DNA of 63,870 bases, counting the filler, from Octopus bimaculoides (lineage: Eukaryota), in the NCBI RefSeq assembly GCF_001194135.2. It is 6 parts of 5 records of this genome, joined end to end, with 100 filler letters (N's around TTAATTAATTAA, not from the genome) between each part and the next. Parts side by side here need not be neighbours in the genome. Positions count along the whole stretch, not along the records: positions 1 to 12,139 come from NC_069007.1; 5 more parts are not named here. The stretch is one strand, 5' to 3'. Within the stretch, counting starts at the first letter, position 1. Every line of letters starts with the position of its first letter. The translations under genes and the position numbers were made by a program. Shown in pieces: positions 1 through 12,239 of this stretch. The notes below the pieces were generated by a model. It searched no databases. It was not told the origin of the DNA and saw only the letters and a list, made by a program, of their open reading frames with translations.

Positions 1-201
1 GTATTTCAAAGGGTCAGCCTTGTCACACTCTGTGTCACGCTGAATCTCCCCGAGAACTACGTTAAGGGCACACGTGTCTGTGGAGTGCTCAGCCACTTGC
101 ATGTTAATTTCACGAACAGGCTGTTCCATTGATCGGATCAACTGGAACCCTCGACGTCGTAAGCGATGGAGTGCCAACAACAACAACAACAACAACAACA
201 A
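1..201 (+). mobile_element. 3' tail of SINE family A, cut by the window edge, ending in (AAC)n
   Basis: Matches the tail of the full copy at 9085-9466 (gtggagtgctcagccacttgca...actggaaccc...cgtcgtaa). Confidence 0.85.
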
Positions 202-1130
202 CGTTCTGAGTTCAAATTCCGCCGAGGTCGACTTTGCCTTTCATCCTTTCGGGGGTCAATTAAATAAGTACCAGTTATGCACTGGAGACAATATAATCAG
301 CTTAAGCCCTCTCCAAGAATTGCTGGCCTTCTGCCAAAATTTGAATGCATGAAAATGCTTAGCGGTATTTCATCATTCTTCACATTCTAAGTTCAAATCC
401 TGCCGAGGCTGACCTTTGCTTTTCATCCTTTCAAGGTTGCTGAAAATAAGCACCAGTTGAGTACTGGGGTCGATGTAATCAACTTACCCGCTCCCCCGAA
501 ATTGCTGGCCTTGTGCCAAAATTTCAAATCAATTTTGTAATTTCATATGCTGTTAAGGTCAACATCTGTCTTTCATTCTTCCAGTACTGGGGCCAATGTT
601 ATTGACTTATCGCCTCTCCGCAAATTACTGACCTTGTGCCAAAATTTGTCAAAATATCAATATTTAGATAGACAAGATAGATAACAGGGTGGCAGGCTGG
701 CAGAATTCTTACTGTGCTGGGGTCAAATTCTTTGTGGCATTTCAACAGTCTTTATGTTCTGAGTTCAAATGCCACCAGGGTTGACTTTACTTTTTATCCT
801 TTCAGGGTCTGTAAAATAAGTACCTGTTGATTTACCAACCCTCCCAAAATTGCTGGCCTTGTGCCAAAAGGATAGAGGGAACTCTACAATTGTTGAACAA
901 GATGCCAGATTGTGGTATATGTTCCGGCATTTTGCCTTCCAAGTTCAAATCCTGCTTTGGTCAGCTTTGCCCTTCATTCTTTCAGGGTCGATAATAAAAA
1001 TAGCAATTGAGTGTGAAAGATAGGAGGCACTCTAAGATTGTGTGGAAGATAGGAAGAACTCTGTCTTTCATACTTTCAAAGTCAATAACAAAAAAAAGTA
1101 CCAATCCAAGACACTGGATTAGTAGAATTG
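200..1130 (+). mobile_element. Head-to-tail cluster of about 6 diverged SINE family C copies
   Basis: Recurrent ctgagttcaaatyccgccgaggtcgactttgcctttcatcctttc...aagtaccagtt...ggccttgtgccaaaa motif. The GAGTTCAAAT element resembles a Pol III B-box. Confidence 0.85.
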
Positions 1131-1160
1131 TAAGAATGTCAAATTGGATGCCTTGTGATG

Positions 1161-1382
1161 TATAAGGGGGTGCTGAAAAGTTGCCAGCTTTGGGTAAAAG
1201 AAATTACAGGAGGATCAGTTAATTATGATATTATTCAACATATTCCCTTCTTAGATTCACATACTTATTGCAGTGGTCCTTCAGTCTTTCTAAGCCCTAT
1301 AAAAGAACTCAGAAGGTTGGGCCTCCAGCCAGGCCCTTTGCAATACCCTTAAAGCCAGAAACTTTTCCAGTACCCCCTTGTA
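1161..1382. mobile_element. Mariner-derived MITE / deletion derivative
   Basis: Imperfect ~30-bp TIRs (tataagggggtgctgaaaagtt... and ...acttttccagtacccccttgta) with TA at the ends. The internal minus strand reads like a mariner transposase C-terminus (NK.VNLR.EYVE*). Confidence 0.75.
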
Positions 1383-1724
1383 TAATTCAGCTCTTTGCAT
1401 TCTGAGTTCAAATCCTACCATGGCCTTCTTAGCTGGTGGCCTTAACCTCTAAATAAGTTTAACACCAACACCTGCTAATAAATATAAATAGGTTTTATTT
1501 ACAGGTGAGGATGGTTTGCTGTTGCATTCAGCCTGCTTCACTGTAAAAAGCTAAACTTTTGGGCCGTTTGTTTCGTCCATCTCTTGTCTCTCATCCAATC
1601 AGATCAATGTAAGCCATCACTGTACATGTACTCTTGGACCTCTCTCTGATATGCTTCAAAAATTAGTTTCTTCTTTCTCTCAACCATTTTTCCTCGTTTT
1701 CCATTTATACATGTTTGTCATAGC

Positions 1725-2190
1725 ATTCAGCTCAGTTTGTCTCAGTGCCCATGTGTCTACTACTAGGTCAGTTTGGTTTGTTACAGCATCTCTGTGGCCA
1801 CTCCTAGGTCAGCTTAATTTGTCGCAGTATCCATATACCAACTACTAGGTCATTGGAGTTTGTCACAGCATCAATGTGCCAACTACTTGGTCAGCTGGGT
1901 TTGTTGCATTGTCTGTGTGTGAACTACAGGTCAGCTTAGTTTGTTACAGTAACTAAGTGACCACTACTAAGTCAGCTCAGTTTGGTCAGCTTGGTTTGTC
2001 ACAGAATCCATCTGCCAACTACCAGGTCATCATGGTTTGTCACAGCATCTCTGTGGCCACTCCGAGGTCATCTTTGTTGCAGCATCTATGTGGCCACTCC
2101 AAGGTCAGCTCAGTTTGTCACAGCATCCATCTGCTAACTACTTGGTCAGCTTGGTTTGTCATGGTGTCCTGTGCCAAGTACTTGGTCAGC
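1725..2190 (+). repeat. Degenerate 41-bp minisatellite, about 11 units
   Basis: Unit ggtcagcttggtttgtcacagcatccatgtgccaactacta. AGGTCA recurs at 1765, 1806 and 1847 (41-bp spacing). Confidence 0.85.
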
Positions 2191-2420
2191 TAAGAATCAA
2201 ATGTTGCAGAAGAATAACGATAATGAGACACCTGTCAGAGACAGATGGGAAGAGCTGAATATGGTTATGGACAGAAAGAAAGGTTAGATGGAACTGAAAA
2301 GGAATAGAGCAAGCCATTAAACAAAGGAGGAAAGGAACCTAGTTTGGGACGGCAAAAATTCACAGGATTTGAGTGGCTGAGCAATAGGCTCATCCCCAAA
2401 ATTTCAAAAAGTAAAAAAAA

Positions 2421-2545
2421 AGTACTGGGATTGATTCATTTGACTATAATTCTTCAAGGTGGTGCTCCAGCATGGCCACAACATGGCCACAGCATGGCCG
2501 CAATCCAATGGCTGCAGTCCAATGATTGAAACAAACAAAAGATAA
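2421..2545 (+). mobile_element. SINE family B 3' tail fragment
   Basis: ggtgctccagcatggccac...gcagtc-aatgattgaaaca. The same tail occurs at 6135-6185(+), 11355-11438(-), 17595-17725(-) and 34580-34700(+). Confidence 0.7.
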
Positions 2546-2907
2546 CATTAGCAACAACTATGTAGGACATATTGTATAATGCAGTCTTTATCATTAATCA
2601 AGTTAATCTCATGACTGATGTGAATGAATATTCTTAAATCAATGCTTAAATCTACACAAGGCAGACAAAATTACAGCTAATTTTGTCACTAAATTAGGCA
2701 CATGCCAGAATAAGATATATGTATGTGTGTGTATGTAGAATACATAATTACATAAAAACACTCACACATTTGCATATATGTGTACATATGTGTGTGTGTG
2801 TGTGTGTATACATATGTACAATGATGTATAATATGATGCAATCTATAAGGTATATAGTGCATGTAATGTGTATATCCTCCTCCTCCTCCTCCTCCTCCTC
2901 CTCCTCC

Positions 2908-2944
<37 letters not shown>

Positions 2945-3184
2945 TTGATGTCTGTTTTCCATGCTGGCATGTGTTGGATGGTTTGACTGGAACTGATAAA
3001 GCTGGTGAGTTGCACCAGGCTACAATATGTTTTGACTTGGTTTCTGTGGCTGAATGCCACTCGCAAGGCTTTAGTTTGCCTGGGGTTATAGTAGAAGACA
3101 CTTGCCCAAGATGCCATGCAGTGGGACTGAACCTGGAACCATGTTCATGCCACAGTCATGCTTGCACTTATGTATGTAAGTCAT

Positions 3185-3281
3185 TATTCAATTTTATTTC
3201 AAATTTTCTTGCCAATAGAGAAAGCCAGTTTCTAACCTAAATCCAAGGTTCCTTCATTGGCATTTCAACATCAACAGGGTA

Positions 3282-3318
<37 letters not shown>

Positions 3319-4320
3319 ATTTGTATGTTTTGTTTTATGTACGTCTTCTCATGCATATAATTGCATGTCTTGACATTCTCATTCATATTTAAATGATAAA
3401 CTTCTGGAAAAATTTACAGATTTTTACAGTTCCAGTGATAGATTGGATCTGTAGTCTTCAAATCAACTTCCTCTTTTCTGGTTTTGAGAAGCCTAATTTC
3501 TCAAGATTGGTATTTAGGCAGTGTGTTACATATCCCAGTACCCCAATAATTACAGGTATAAATCTGGATTGAGTAGCTGTCGATTCCTCAATAGTTCAGC
3601 ATAGATATTTTCTTTTTCACTGATCTTTAGCTTTATGTTAACATCTGCTGGGCAACTGATTTCTGTAACTCTACACAGTTTCTCTTCTCTATCCCAAATC
3701 ACTATGTCAGGTCTATTATGTTTACATTTTATTTAGGTTTTCACTGGGACATTCTACCAAGACTCCTTTTTATTATGAGTAGCTATGGCTTCTACCATAA
3801 TGTAGGTTCTTATTTGTCCTCAGGGTTATCCTTTCGACAGATCTCGTTATACAGTGTCCTAGCTACAGCATCGGTAGATAATACTGTGTATTATCAGTAG
3901 ATAGTACTGTAATGACATTTTCATTGGTAGATAATGTCTCATCGGTAGATAATACTGTGATGACATTTTTGGATAACTGCTTATGATGTGGGTGATATCT
4001 TCAGTGTTAACTCCACAAAGTCTGCATCAGTTGTCACATTTTGGTGCTTTTCCTGCATCTCTGTCCCTTTTGTGCATCAGGTATTTGGTTGATATTTCTT
4101 GTTATTGGATTGCAAATGCATGCCCTTCAAAGTTAATCTGATTGTTGGTCTGTGATAGACTGCTTTGATGGTCAGTGTTACCATCATCCTGGTGCTTTCT
4201 ACTAACATATTCATGCATGGTCTTCTGATATTCACTCATCCTTTTATCTAATGATACGATGTGGTAGAATCGTACAACTTCTTTGGGCATACATTTAAGG
4301 TTATCAGACGAAGAATGTAT
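3185..4320 (-). mobile_element. Decayed R4/Dong-like non-LTR retrotransposon C-terminus (CCHC + restriction-like endonuclease)
   Basis: Minus-strand translation gives FAIQ*QEISTKYL...CRLCGVNTEDITHIISS and HNRPDIVIWDREEKLCRVTEISCPADVNI...RFIPVIIGVLG, with stops, frameshifts and an unrelated insert at ~3760-3975. Confidence 0.75.
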
Positions 4321-4702
4321 GTATGTATATATGCAGCATGTATTTATGTTTGTATGTTGGTATGTATCTATGAACATACGCATGTATGTATTTATGTATA
4401 TATGTACATGTGTGCATATATATATATATATAATATAATATAGGATAAATTCTTTATAAGAACTTATCAAGTAGTCAGCGTGAAAAAAACCTCATAATGA
4501 AAAAAATAATGAAAAAAATTTCATAATGAAAAAAATTTCATAATGAAAAAAATTCATCATTTTTTCATAAATATATATAAATCATTTACATAAAGGGCAT
4601 TAACTGTGTAGTAATGCCTCACGCTTCGAGGGACTAAATAAGTCAAAAACTACCAAAAATTAAGCAACATATTTACTGAAAGCGAGGGAATGCAGCTTTC
4701 AA

Positions 4703-5358
4703 NNNNNNNNNNNNNNNNNNNNNNNNNNNNNNNNNNNNNNNNNNNNNNNNNNNNNNNNNNNNNNNNNNNNNNNNNNNNNNNNNNNNNNNNNNNNNNNNNN
4801 NNNNNNNNNNNNNNNNNNNNNNNNNNNNNNNNNNNNNNNNNNNNNNNNNNNNNNNNNNNNNNNNNNNNNNNNNNNNNNNNNNNNNNNNNNNNNNNNNNNN
4901 NNNNNNNNNNNNNNNNNNNNNNNNNNNNNNNNNNNNNNNNNNNNNNNNNNNNNNNNNNNNNNNNNNNNNNNNNNNNNNNNNNNNNNNNNNNNNNNNNNNN
5001 NNNNNNNNNNNNNNNNNNNNNNNNNNNNNNNNNNNNNNNNNNNNNNNNNNNNNNNNNNNNNNNNNNNNNNNNNNNNNNNNNNNNNNNNNNNNNNNNNNNN
5101 NNNNNNNNNNNNNNNNNNNNNNNNNNNNNNNNNNNNNNNNNNNNNNNNNNNNNNNNNNNNNNNNNNNNNNNNNNNNNNNNNNNNNNNNNNNNNNNNNNNN
5201 NNNNNNNNNNNNNNNNNNNNNNNNNNNNNNNNNNNNNNNNNNNNNNNNNNNNNNNNNNNNNNNNNNNNNNNNNNNNNNNNNNNNNNNNNNNNNNNNNNNN
5301 NNNNNNNNNNNNNNNNNNNNNNNNNNNNNNNNNNNNNNNNNNNNNNNNNNNNNNNNNN
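4703..5358. other. Assembly gap (N run). Other large gaps start at about 6632, 11439, 12778, 20944, 28648, 32489, 33148, 41344, 45786, 47113, 52619 and 53125
   Basis: Runs of N. Confidence 1.
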
Positions 5359-6120
5359 TGAGGACAACAACATGCAGCTAAATATAAAATTCACAGTGGG
5401 ACCCTTCCTAGCTATGCAGATGACACCAAAGTTTCTCAGACGATACAAAATCCTGGAAATATTGCGCATCTGCAATGAAAGGTGGATGCAATATATAAGT
5501 TGGCTGAGGACAACAACATGCAGCTAAATATAAAATTCACAGTGGGACCTGAGGCAATCCAATGAAGCTACACTAAGATAATCATCTCAGTGCAACATAT
5601 CAGCTACTGGGAAAGACTGAAAGAGTTAAAATTCTCCCTGGAGTGAGGGCAGGAGGGGTGTGCAGTGATGTACATCTGGAGAATCTTGGAGGGCCTTGTG
5701 CCGAGCTTTGGTATTGAAGTTACTCAAACTGCAGAGCAGGGCACCACTGCATGGTGCTGGGGATCCCAGTATTGCCATAAAAATTACAGGACCAGGCGCT
5801 GCAGCAGCTTGGGTTTCAGGGGCCCACAGCTCTCCATTATCCTTCCAAAATGTTTGAGAGATCTGCATGGTGTGGATGTAGGTGTCTTTAGAGCAGAGCT
5901 GGATTTCTTCTTGTGTGTGTGTGTGGGGGGGGGGGGGGNNNNNNNNNNNNNNTGTGGATGTAGGTGTCTTTAGAGCAGAGCTGGATTTCTTCTTGTGTGT
6001 GTGTGTGGGGGGGGGGGGTTCTGGATGGGCCTGCCTTGTGGTGGGAGACACAGGTGAGGGCAGCGGGATAGGACACCCTCATTGGCCAGATGGCACATGT
6101 CAGAAGAGGTTTCAAATAAT
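5359..6120 (+). mobile_element. Decayed CR1/L2-like LINE (RT C-terminal part and downstream domain)
   Basis: Translates to SYADDTKVSQ...DNNMQLN and SYWERLKELK...MYIWRILEGLVP...GPQL...LPKCLRDLHGVDVGVFRAELDFFL, with stops and frameshifts. Confidence 0.8.
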
Positions 6121-6335
6121 GGTGTAGCTCAATCAACAGTGGTGCTCCAGCATGACAGCAGCTTCAAAGCTGAAACATTTTAAAGAATTTAAAGAATTTA
6201 TGTGTATATGTATGTGTGTATATATATATGTGTATATGTATGTGTGTATATATATATGTGTATATGTATGGGTGTATATATATATGTGTATATGTATGTG
6301 TGTATATATATATGTATATATGTATGGGTGTATAA

Positions 6336-6370
<35 letters not shown>

Positions 6371-6586
6371 TACACACACATATGATGCATGCATATGTAT
6401 ATATATGTGTGTGTGTGTGTATATGCATATATAAATCATTATAAGCGCCACTTCAGTGAGTCTATAATGTTTATTTTCCTATATCAATTTGGCACTTATA
6501 ATATCTACTATCATTTGTAATTCTTAGCTGTCACTTTATATTTACTTGTGCTGACACACCTCACTCATATACATACATACATATAC

Positions 6587-6631
<45 letters not shown>

Positions 6632-7454
6632 NNNNNNNNNNNNNNNNNNNNNNNNNNNNNNNNNNNNNNNNNNNNNNNNNNNNNNNNNNNNNNNNNNNNN
6701 NNNNNNNNNNNNNNNNNNNNNNNNNNNNNNNNNNNNNNNNNNNNNNNNNNNNNNNNNNNNNNNNNNNNNNNNNNNNNNNNNNNNNNNNNNNNCCCCCCTA
6801 TTCCCCCCCCCGCGCCTCCTCCTGATATGTGTGTTGCCTTGGTTTGGGTACAAAGTCCATCTCTAGTCCTCTTTCTCACGCTCATTCTCTCTCTCTCTCT
6901 TACCTATTTTCATTCATTCAATATATTCTTTCTGTTTCTCATTCCTGCCTTGACAATTTCTCTAAATATGTGCGTTTATATATATGTGTATATCATCATC
7001 ATCATCGTCATTTAACGTCTGCTTTCCATGCTAATATATATATATATATATAGATATAGATATAACATTATTATTACAAATTTTACCAATAGGACCACAA
7101 CTTCAATTTCAGGACAACCTTATTTACTGGAGAACTCAGAAAATTATATCCAAAATACTAATCTAATAATATAAGCATTTTAAAGCCTACTATAACATAC
7201 TATAAGAATTAAGTACATTAGAATTAAGTATAAAATATTTAGACATGTTTAAAAAATATATATATACCTTACCTGTTATTAGTCTGTAGGGAAAGAAGAT
7301 AATATTAATCAATGCTACACGTGTTGTAATAATAATATTATAATTGATACCGTTTGCTTTGCATTAGTAAAGTGTAAAATAGTAAATATCCTGATAATCT
7401 GGAATAATTATTATTCCCTAAGGATTTTTTAACAATATTCATAAATATTAGGAT

Positions 7455-7755
7455 TTTCGAGCGAGATCGTTGCCAGTGCCCCTGGACTGGCTCTTGTGTG
7501 GGTAGCACATAAAATACTCCATTTTGAGCGTAGCCATTGCCAGTACCGCCTGACTGGCCTTCATGTGGGTGACGCGTAAAAGCACCCACTACACTCTCTG
7601 AGTGGTTGGCGTTAGGAAGGGCATTCAGCTGTAGAAACTGTGCCAAATCAGATTGGAGCCTGGTGTTGCCATCCGGTTTCACCAGTCCTCAGTCAAATCG
7701 TCCAACCCATGCTAGCATGGAAAGCGGACATTAAACGATGATGATGATGGTGATG
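7455..7755 (+). mobile_element. RTE-like LINE 3' UTR fragment with (GAT)n tail
   Basis: Shares ...gagtggttggcgttaggaagggcat-cagctgtagaaact...cgtccaacccatgctagcatggaaa-cggac-ttaaacgatgatgat with 10290-10460. Further copies at ~8395-8520(+) and 54755-54960(-). Confidence 0.75.
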
Positions 7756-8699
7756 ATATACATAATTGTTAAAGGGGACAACAAATGTTAAGGTAAGGCA
7801 AACATCTCATGCAAAGGAATTGAAAGATCTGAAACATGTGATGTGTTTATCCTGCTGCATGTAGCACCCTGGATGCCTGGTCCAGTGGCAGATATCTTGG
7901 GCCTGGTCTGGGCATATTATACAGGGAAGAGTTGATGTTTGTAAGTTTTTCAATTGAGGCTGACAATATGTGCATCTCTGATGACGAGTAGGAGTAGTTG
8001 GGGAGCATCATAGCCCCATGTGTTGAGAGGGATTCTTTGGGGCTTGAATAAATGTAAGAAAAGCAAAATTTGAAGGAAATATTAACCATTTTTCATACTT
8101 TCTAGGGGTAAGCAAATAAGAAATAACAGTGCTACCCAAGGACAAAAATCATGCTACACAGTGTTATTCACGCAGGCAGTGAAATGTATCTTCATTAACC
8201 AGCCCAACTGGAGTGATGTACAGATCTTGCGACAGATGTGTGTGTGTGTTTGTGTTTCCTTGTCTTGACATCACATGACAGTTGCATAAAAGTGTTACCT
8301 CAGACAAGCAGCGTACTTCACTTTCAATCTTCTGCAAGAAAAAACAAAAAAAAAAAGCAAAAAAAAAACATGTCTGACCATGGAGAAATATTACCTTACT
8401 TGGAAATAGGTGAGGGTTGGTGATAGAAAAGGCATCCATCTGTAGAAAATCTGCCTCAATAAATTCCATCTGACCCAAGCAAACATGGAAAAGTGGACAT
8501 AAAAATAATGGTGATTATAATATAGTTAATGCTCTTTGATCTGCAGTTATAGGATTTGGGGGCTAAATTTGAAGATTTTTCATGCCCCTTTTCTCTAGAA
8601 CAGCTTGATGTATGGATGAGAAGTCAATGGTGTTGGAGCTGAGAAAAATTTAGCTGACACAGAGGAGTGGAAGCCACCTGAATATTGGAGAAGAGTAAC

Positions 8700-9830
8700 C
8701 TGTGTCATGATGAATCATGCTGGGTATCAGAAACCAGCATTGCAATTGCTGTTCAATGCTCTGTGGACACTGTAAGGGCTGTAAGATGGACAGCAGTAAC
8801 AGGGACTACAAAAGCTTGGCCAGCAAGAAGGGACAAAGCAGGTGTTTTGATTGTGTCTGTACACCAGAACGCATCTTCACATCTTTGAACAGGGCCTTAG
8901 GCTCAATTCAGATGTCTATATGAAACTGCCAGAGACTGTGGGCAATCCTTTGCTGGAAGGCCATATGTGTGGTAGTAGGATTCAGTTCCTTGCTATATCT
9001 CCAGAAAGGGTCAGAAGTAACCTATGATTTCACCAGCCCCCAATTTCTGGCCTTCTAATTCTCCGGATTATAATTCCACAGATTGTGGAGGCGCAATGGC
9101 CCAGTGGTTAGGGCAGCAGACTCGCGGTCATAGGATCGCCGTTTCGATTCCCAGACTGGGCGTTGTGAGTGTTTATTGAGCGAAAACACCTAAAGCTCCA
9201 CGAGGCTCCGGCAGGGGATGGTGGCGAACCCTGCTGTACTCTTCCACCACAACTTTCTCTCACTCTTACTTCCTGTTTCTGTTGTGCCTGTAATTCAAAG
9301 GGTCAAGCCTTGTCACACTGTGTCACACTGAATATCCCCGAGAACTACGTTAAGGGTACACGTGTCTGTGGAGTGCTCAGCCACTTGCACGTTAATTTCA
9401 CGAGCAGGCTGTTCCATTGAATGGATCAACTGGAACCCTTGACGTCGTAAGTGACGGAGTGCAACAATAATTCCACAGATTACTATGTGTGGGGTGCAGT
9501 TGAGAAAGACATTAATTGTTCTGTCTACAGCTCCAAAATTGAGCTGGTGGTGAAGATCAAAAAGGTGTTTGAAGGGACAAAGTGAGGAATGCATGCACCA
9601 GGTCCCAGATCTATCTTGAGGTTGTGGTAGAAGCTGAGGGCAGCTACTTTGATTAAAACTGTTATCTCTCAGCCTTAATTCAGTTGATATTTTCTAATTT
9701 AAAAAAAAATACTTTTAGTTTTGGATGAGATATTATTTTCTTTCCCTTTTATGCAAACTGTCAAATATAGCCCAAACACCTGTAATGTTATTTAGTTTAC
9801 CATTAATTAGAATCCAGGGTAGAGGGAGAC
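8700..9830 (+). mobile_element. Decayed Tc1/mariner-superfamily transposase, DD37D/maT-like, split by a SINE
   Basis: With the SINE removed it reads FEQGLRLNSDVY...GRPYVW**DSVPC..SRK.QK...FTSPNFWPSNSPDYNSTDYYVWGAVE...LEVVVEAEGSYFD* (stop at 9654-9656). Spacing between the last two Asp is compatible with D37D. Confidence 0.75.
9085..9466 (+). mobile_element. Full-length tRNA-headed SINE family A with 15-bp TSD
   Basis: A-box-like tggcccagtggtt and B-box-like gtttcgattccc. TSD ataattccacagatt at 9070-9084 and 9467-9481. Confidence 0.9.
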
Positions 9831-10460
9831 CCAGGAAGACATGGGATGAGGTGGTCAAGCATGACCTTCGAATGTTGGTCATCATTGAGGCAATGACGTA
9901 AGACCGAGACCTCTGGAGATATGCTCTGACTGCGAAGACCCAGCAAATAAAGTGAGTTCATGACTGTATCCTACACCAGTTTCGCATAACCAGCCCCAGC
10001 CTATTCAAAAGTACCTTGGATTGTAGGACAACCTGCTGTGCTTACCTTGGATCGTAGGGTGACCTGCTGTGCTTGAGGAGACCTATTGAGTCAAGTACAT
10101 CAACATCAAAATGAAAATCAAATGGAAATTGTAGTTGGGATACCCATGCTGGTGGCATGTAAAAAGCTTCATCTGAGTGTGGCTGATGCCAGCACCGCCT
10201 TGACTGGCTTCCATGCCAGTGGCACATAAAAAGCACCAACCAATCGTGGCCGCTGCCAACCTCCTCTGTGCCGGTGGCACGTAAAAAGCATCCACTACAC
10301 TCATGGAGTGGTTGGTGTTAGGAAGGGCATCCAGCTGTAGAAACTCTGCCAGATCAGACTGGAGCCTGGTGCAACCATCTGGTTTGCCAGTCCCCAGTCA
10401 AATCGTCCAACCCATGCTAGCATGGAAAATGGACGTTAAACGATGATGATGATGATGATG
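9829..10460 (+). mobile_element. RTE-clade LINE 3' end (ORF C-terminus, 3' UTR, (GAT)n tail)
   Basis: RGRPRKTWDEVVKHDLRML...DRDLWRYA motif, typical of RTE C-termini, followed by the UTR shared with 7455-7755. Confidence 0.75.
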
Positions 10461-10479
10461 TAGGGATGTAGGGTAGTGA

Positions 10480-10860
10480 GGTGACAGAACCATTAGCATG
10501 CTGGGCTAAATGCTTAGCAGCATTTTGTCTATCCTTATGTTCTGAGGTCAACTTTGCCTTTTATCCTTTCGGGGGTTGATGAAATAAGTATCAGTCCTGT
10601 ACTGGGATCAATGTAATCGACTGGCCCCTCTCCCCCAAAATTTCAGGCCTTGTGCCTATAGAAGAAAGGGTTAATCAACTTACTCGGCACTAAACTGCTA
10701 TTTGTCTTCACGTTCTGGGTTCAAATTCCACCAAGGTTGACTTTTTGCTTTGTCCTTTTAGAGTCGATAAAAGAAGTACCAGTTACGCACTGGGGTTGAT
10801 GTAATTGACTTACACCCATCCTCTGAAATTTCTGGCTTTGTGCCAAAATTTGAAACAGAT
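10480..10860 (+). mobile_element. Two tandem SINE family C copies
   Basis: Family C core and tail motifs occur twice. Confidence 0.8.
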
Positions 10861-11804
10861 ATGCTGCTAATATACCAGTCATATAACACTATTTTATCAA
10901 CCATTTGACTGTACGTCACCTATGTTGGAATACACTAACTATGTTGCAATTAATTCTTAAAGTAATGAAGAATTTAGTAAAATAACTTTACCATTATGTC
11001 TGTAACATGACCAGACATCAATTCTCAGTCTGGTTGTGCATTGTGTTCTTGAACAAAACACTTCATTTCCCTTTGCTCCAACCACTCAAATGACTCCTGA
11101 ATGGAGGACTCATGAGTCACATTTTGCATTCAGCAATCATAAAGATGAATAGTACAACCCCTTCTGTGAAACCTGACTGGTTGTGATCAGTTGCTCGGCC
11201 ACATCAAGGGTTCATTCATTCACCAAAGAACCTCTTTTATTTAGGGGCTACCCTACTCTTTGATCCATTTGACACCAACCCACGTGGCACTGCCCCTGGT
11301 TCTGTGATATAAATTCCGTTTGAAAATAATCTGAAAATATTTCATAAAAATTTCATACTCTTCTACTCTTTTACATGTTTCAGTCATTTGAGCGTGGCCA
11401 TGCTGGAGCACTGCCTTTTAGTCGAGCAGATCGACCCCNNNNNNNNNNNNNNNNNNNNNNNNNNNNNNNNNNNNNNNNNNNNNNNNNNNNNNNNNNNNNN
11501 NNNNNNNNNNNNNNNNNNNNNNNNNNNNNNNNNNNNNNAAAAAAAATTCCAGTTAATAGAATTATGGGAGGTAATGGGTTAATAACAAACTTATTTTATT
11601 AAATCCATCATTATTTCCAAAATTAATTGCAACAATGGCAGTGCATTTCAATAGAAAGATGGTAACACATTTGTTAAAGTAATCTAAATTAAACCTTCCA
11701 TCAAAATTTCATTTTGGCTTATGTCCCAAACACCAGCTTATTAATGACAAGAGTTATTTGACTAAATTCATCATTATTTTCAAAACTAATTAAAACAAAA
11801 GTAG

Positions 11805-12139
11805 ATGAGTGATGACTTAATGATGTGGGATGGCTAGACAATGAGCAATGACTAGATGATGAGTGATGGCTAGATGATAAGCAATGACTAGGTGATGAGC
11901 GATGGCTAGATAAGCAATGACTAGACGATGAGTGATGGCTAGATGATGAGCGATGGCTAGATGATGAGCAATGGCTAGATGATAAGCAATGACTAGACAA
12001 TGAGCGATGGCTAGATGAGTGATGGCTAGACGATGAGCGATGGCTAGACGATGAGCAATGGCTAGATGATAAGCAATGACTAGACGATGAGCGATGGCTA
12101 GATGAGTGATGGCTAGACGATGAGCGATGGCTAGACGAT
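11805..12139. repeat. 18-bp minisatellite (gatgagcgatggctagac), running into a gap
   Basis: Direct inspection; about 18-19 variant units. Confidence 0.9.
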
Positions 12140-12239
12140 NNNNNNNNNNNNNNNNNNNNNNNNNNNNNNNNNNNNNNNNNNNNTTAATTAATTAANNNNN
12201 NNNNNNNNNNNNNNNNNNNNNNNNNNNNNNNNNNNNNNN
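12140..12239. other. Artificial 100-bp scaffold spacer N44-TTAATTAATTAA-N44; also at 42706-42805, 52115-52214, 58109-58208 and 61926-62025
   Basis: Five identical structures. The 12-mer is self-complementary and has stops in all six frames. Confidence 0.95.

Noticed and set aside
1725-2190. CRISPR-like array
   Set aside because: Contiguous homologous units without unique spacers, no cas genes, eukaryotic context.
5361-6020. Local duplications in the CR1 remnant (5361-5403 vs 5506-5548; 5870-5938 vs 5953-6020)
   Set aside because: Both abut N gaps, so unmerged contig overlaps are more likely than real duplications.
9085-9160. tRNA genes (also 14425-14494, 19683-19750, 22805-22877, 55500-55570)
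   Set aside because: A/B boxes are present but acceptor stems are incomplete and each runs into a repeat body; these are SINE heads.
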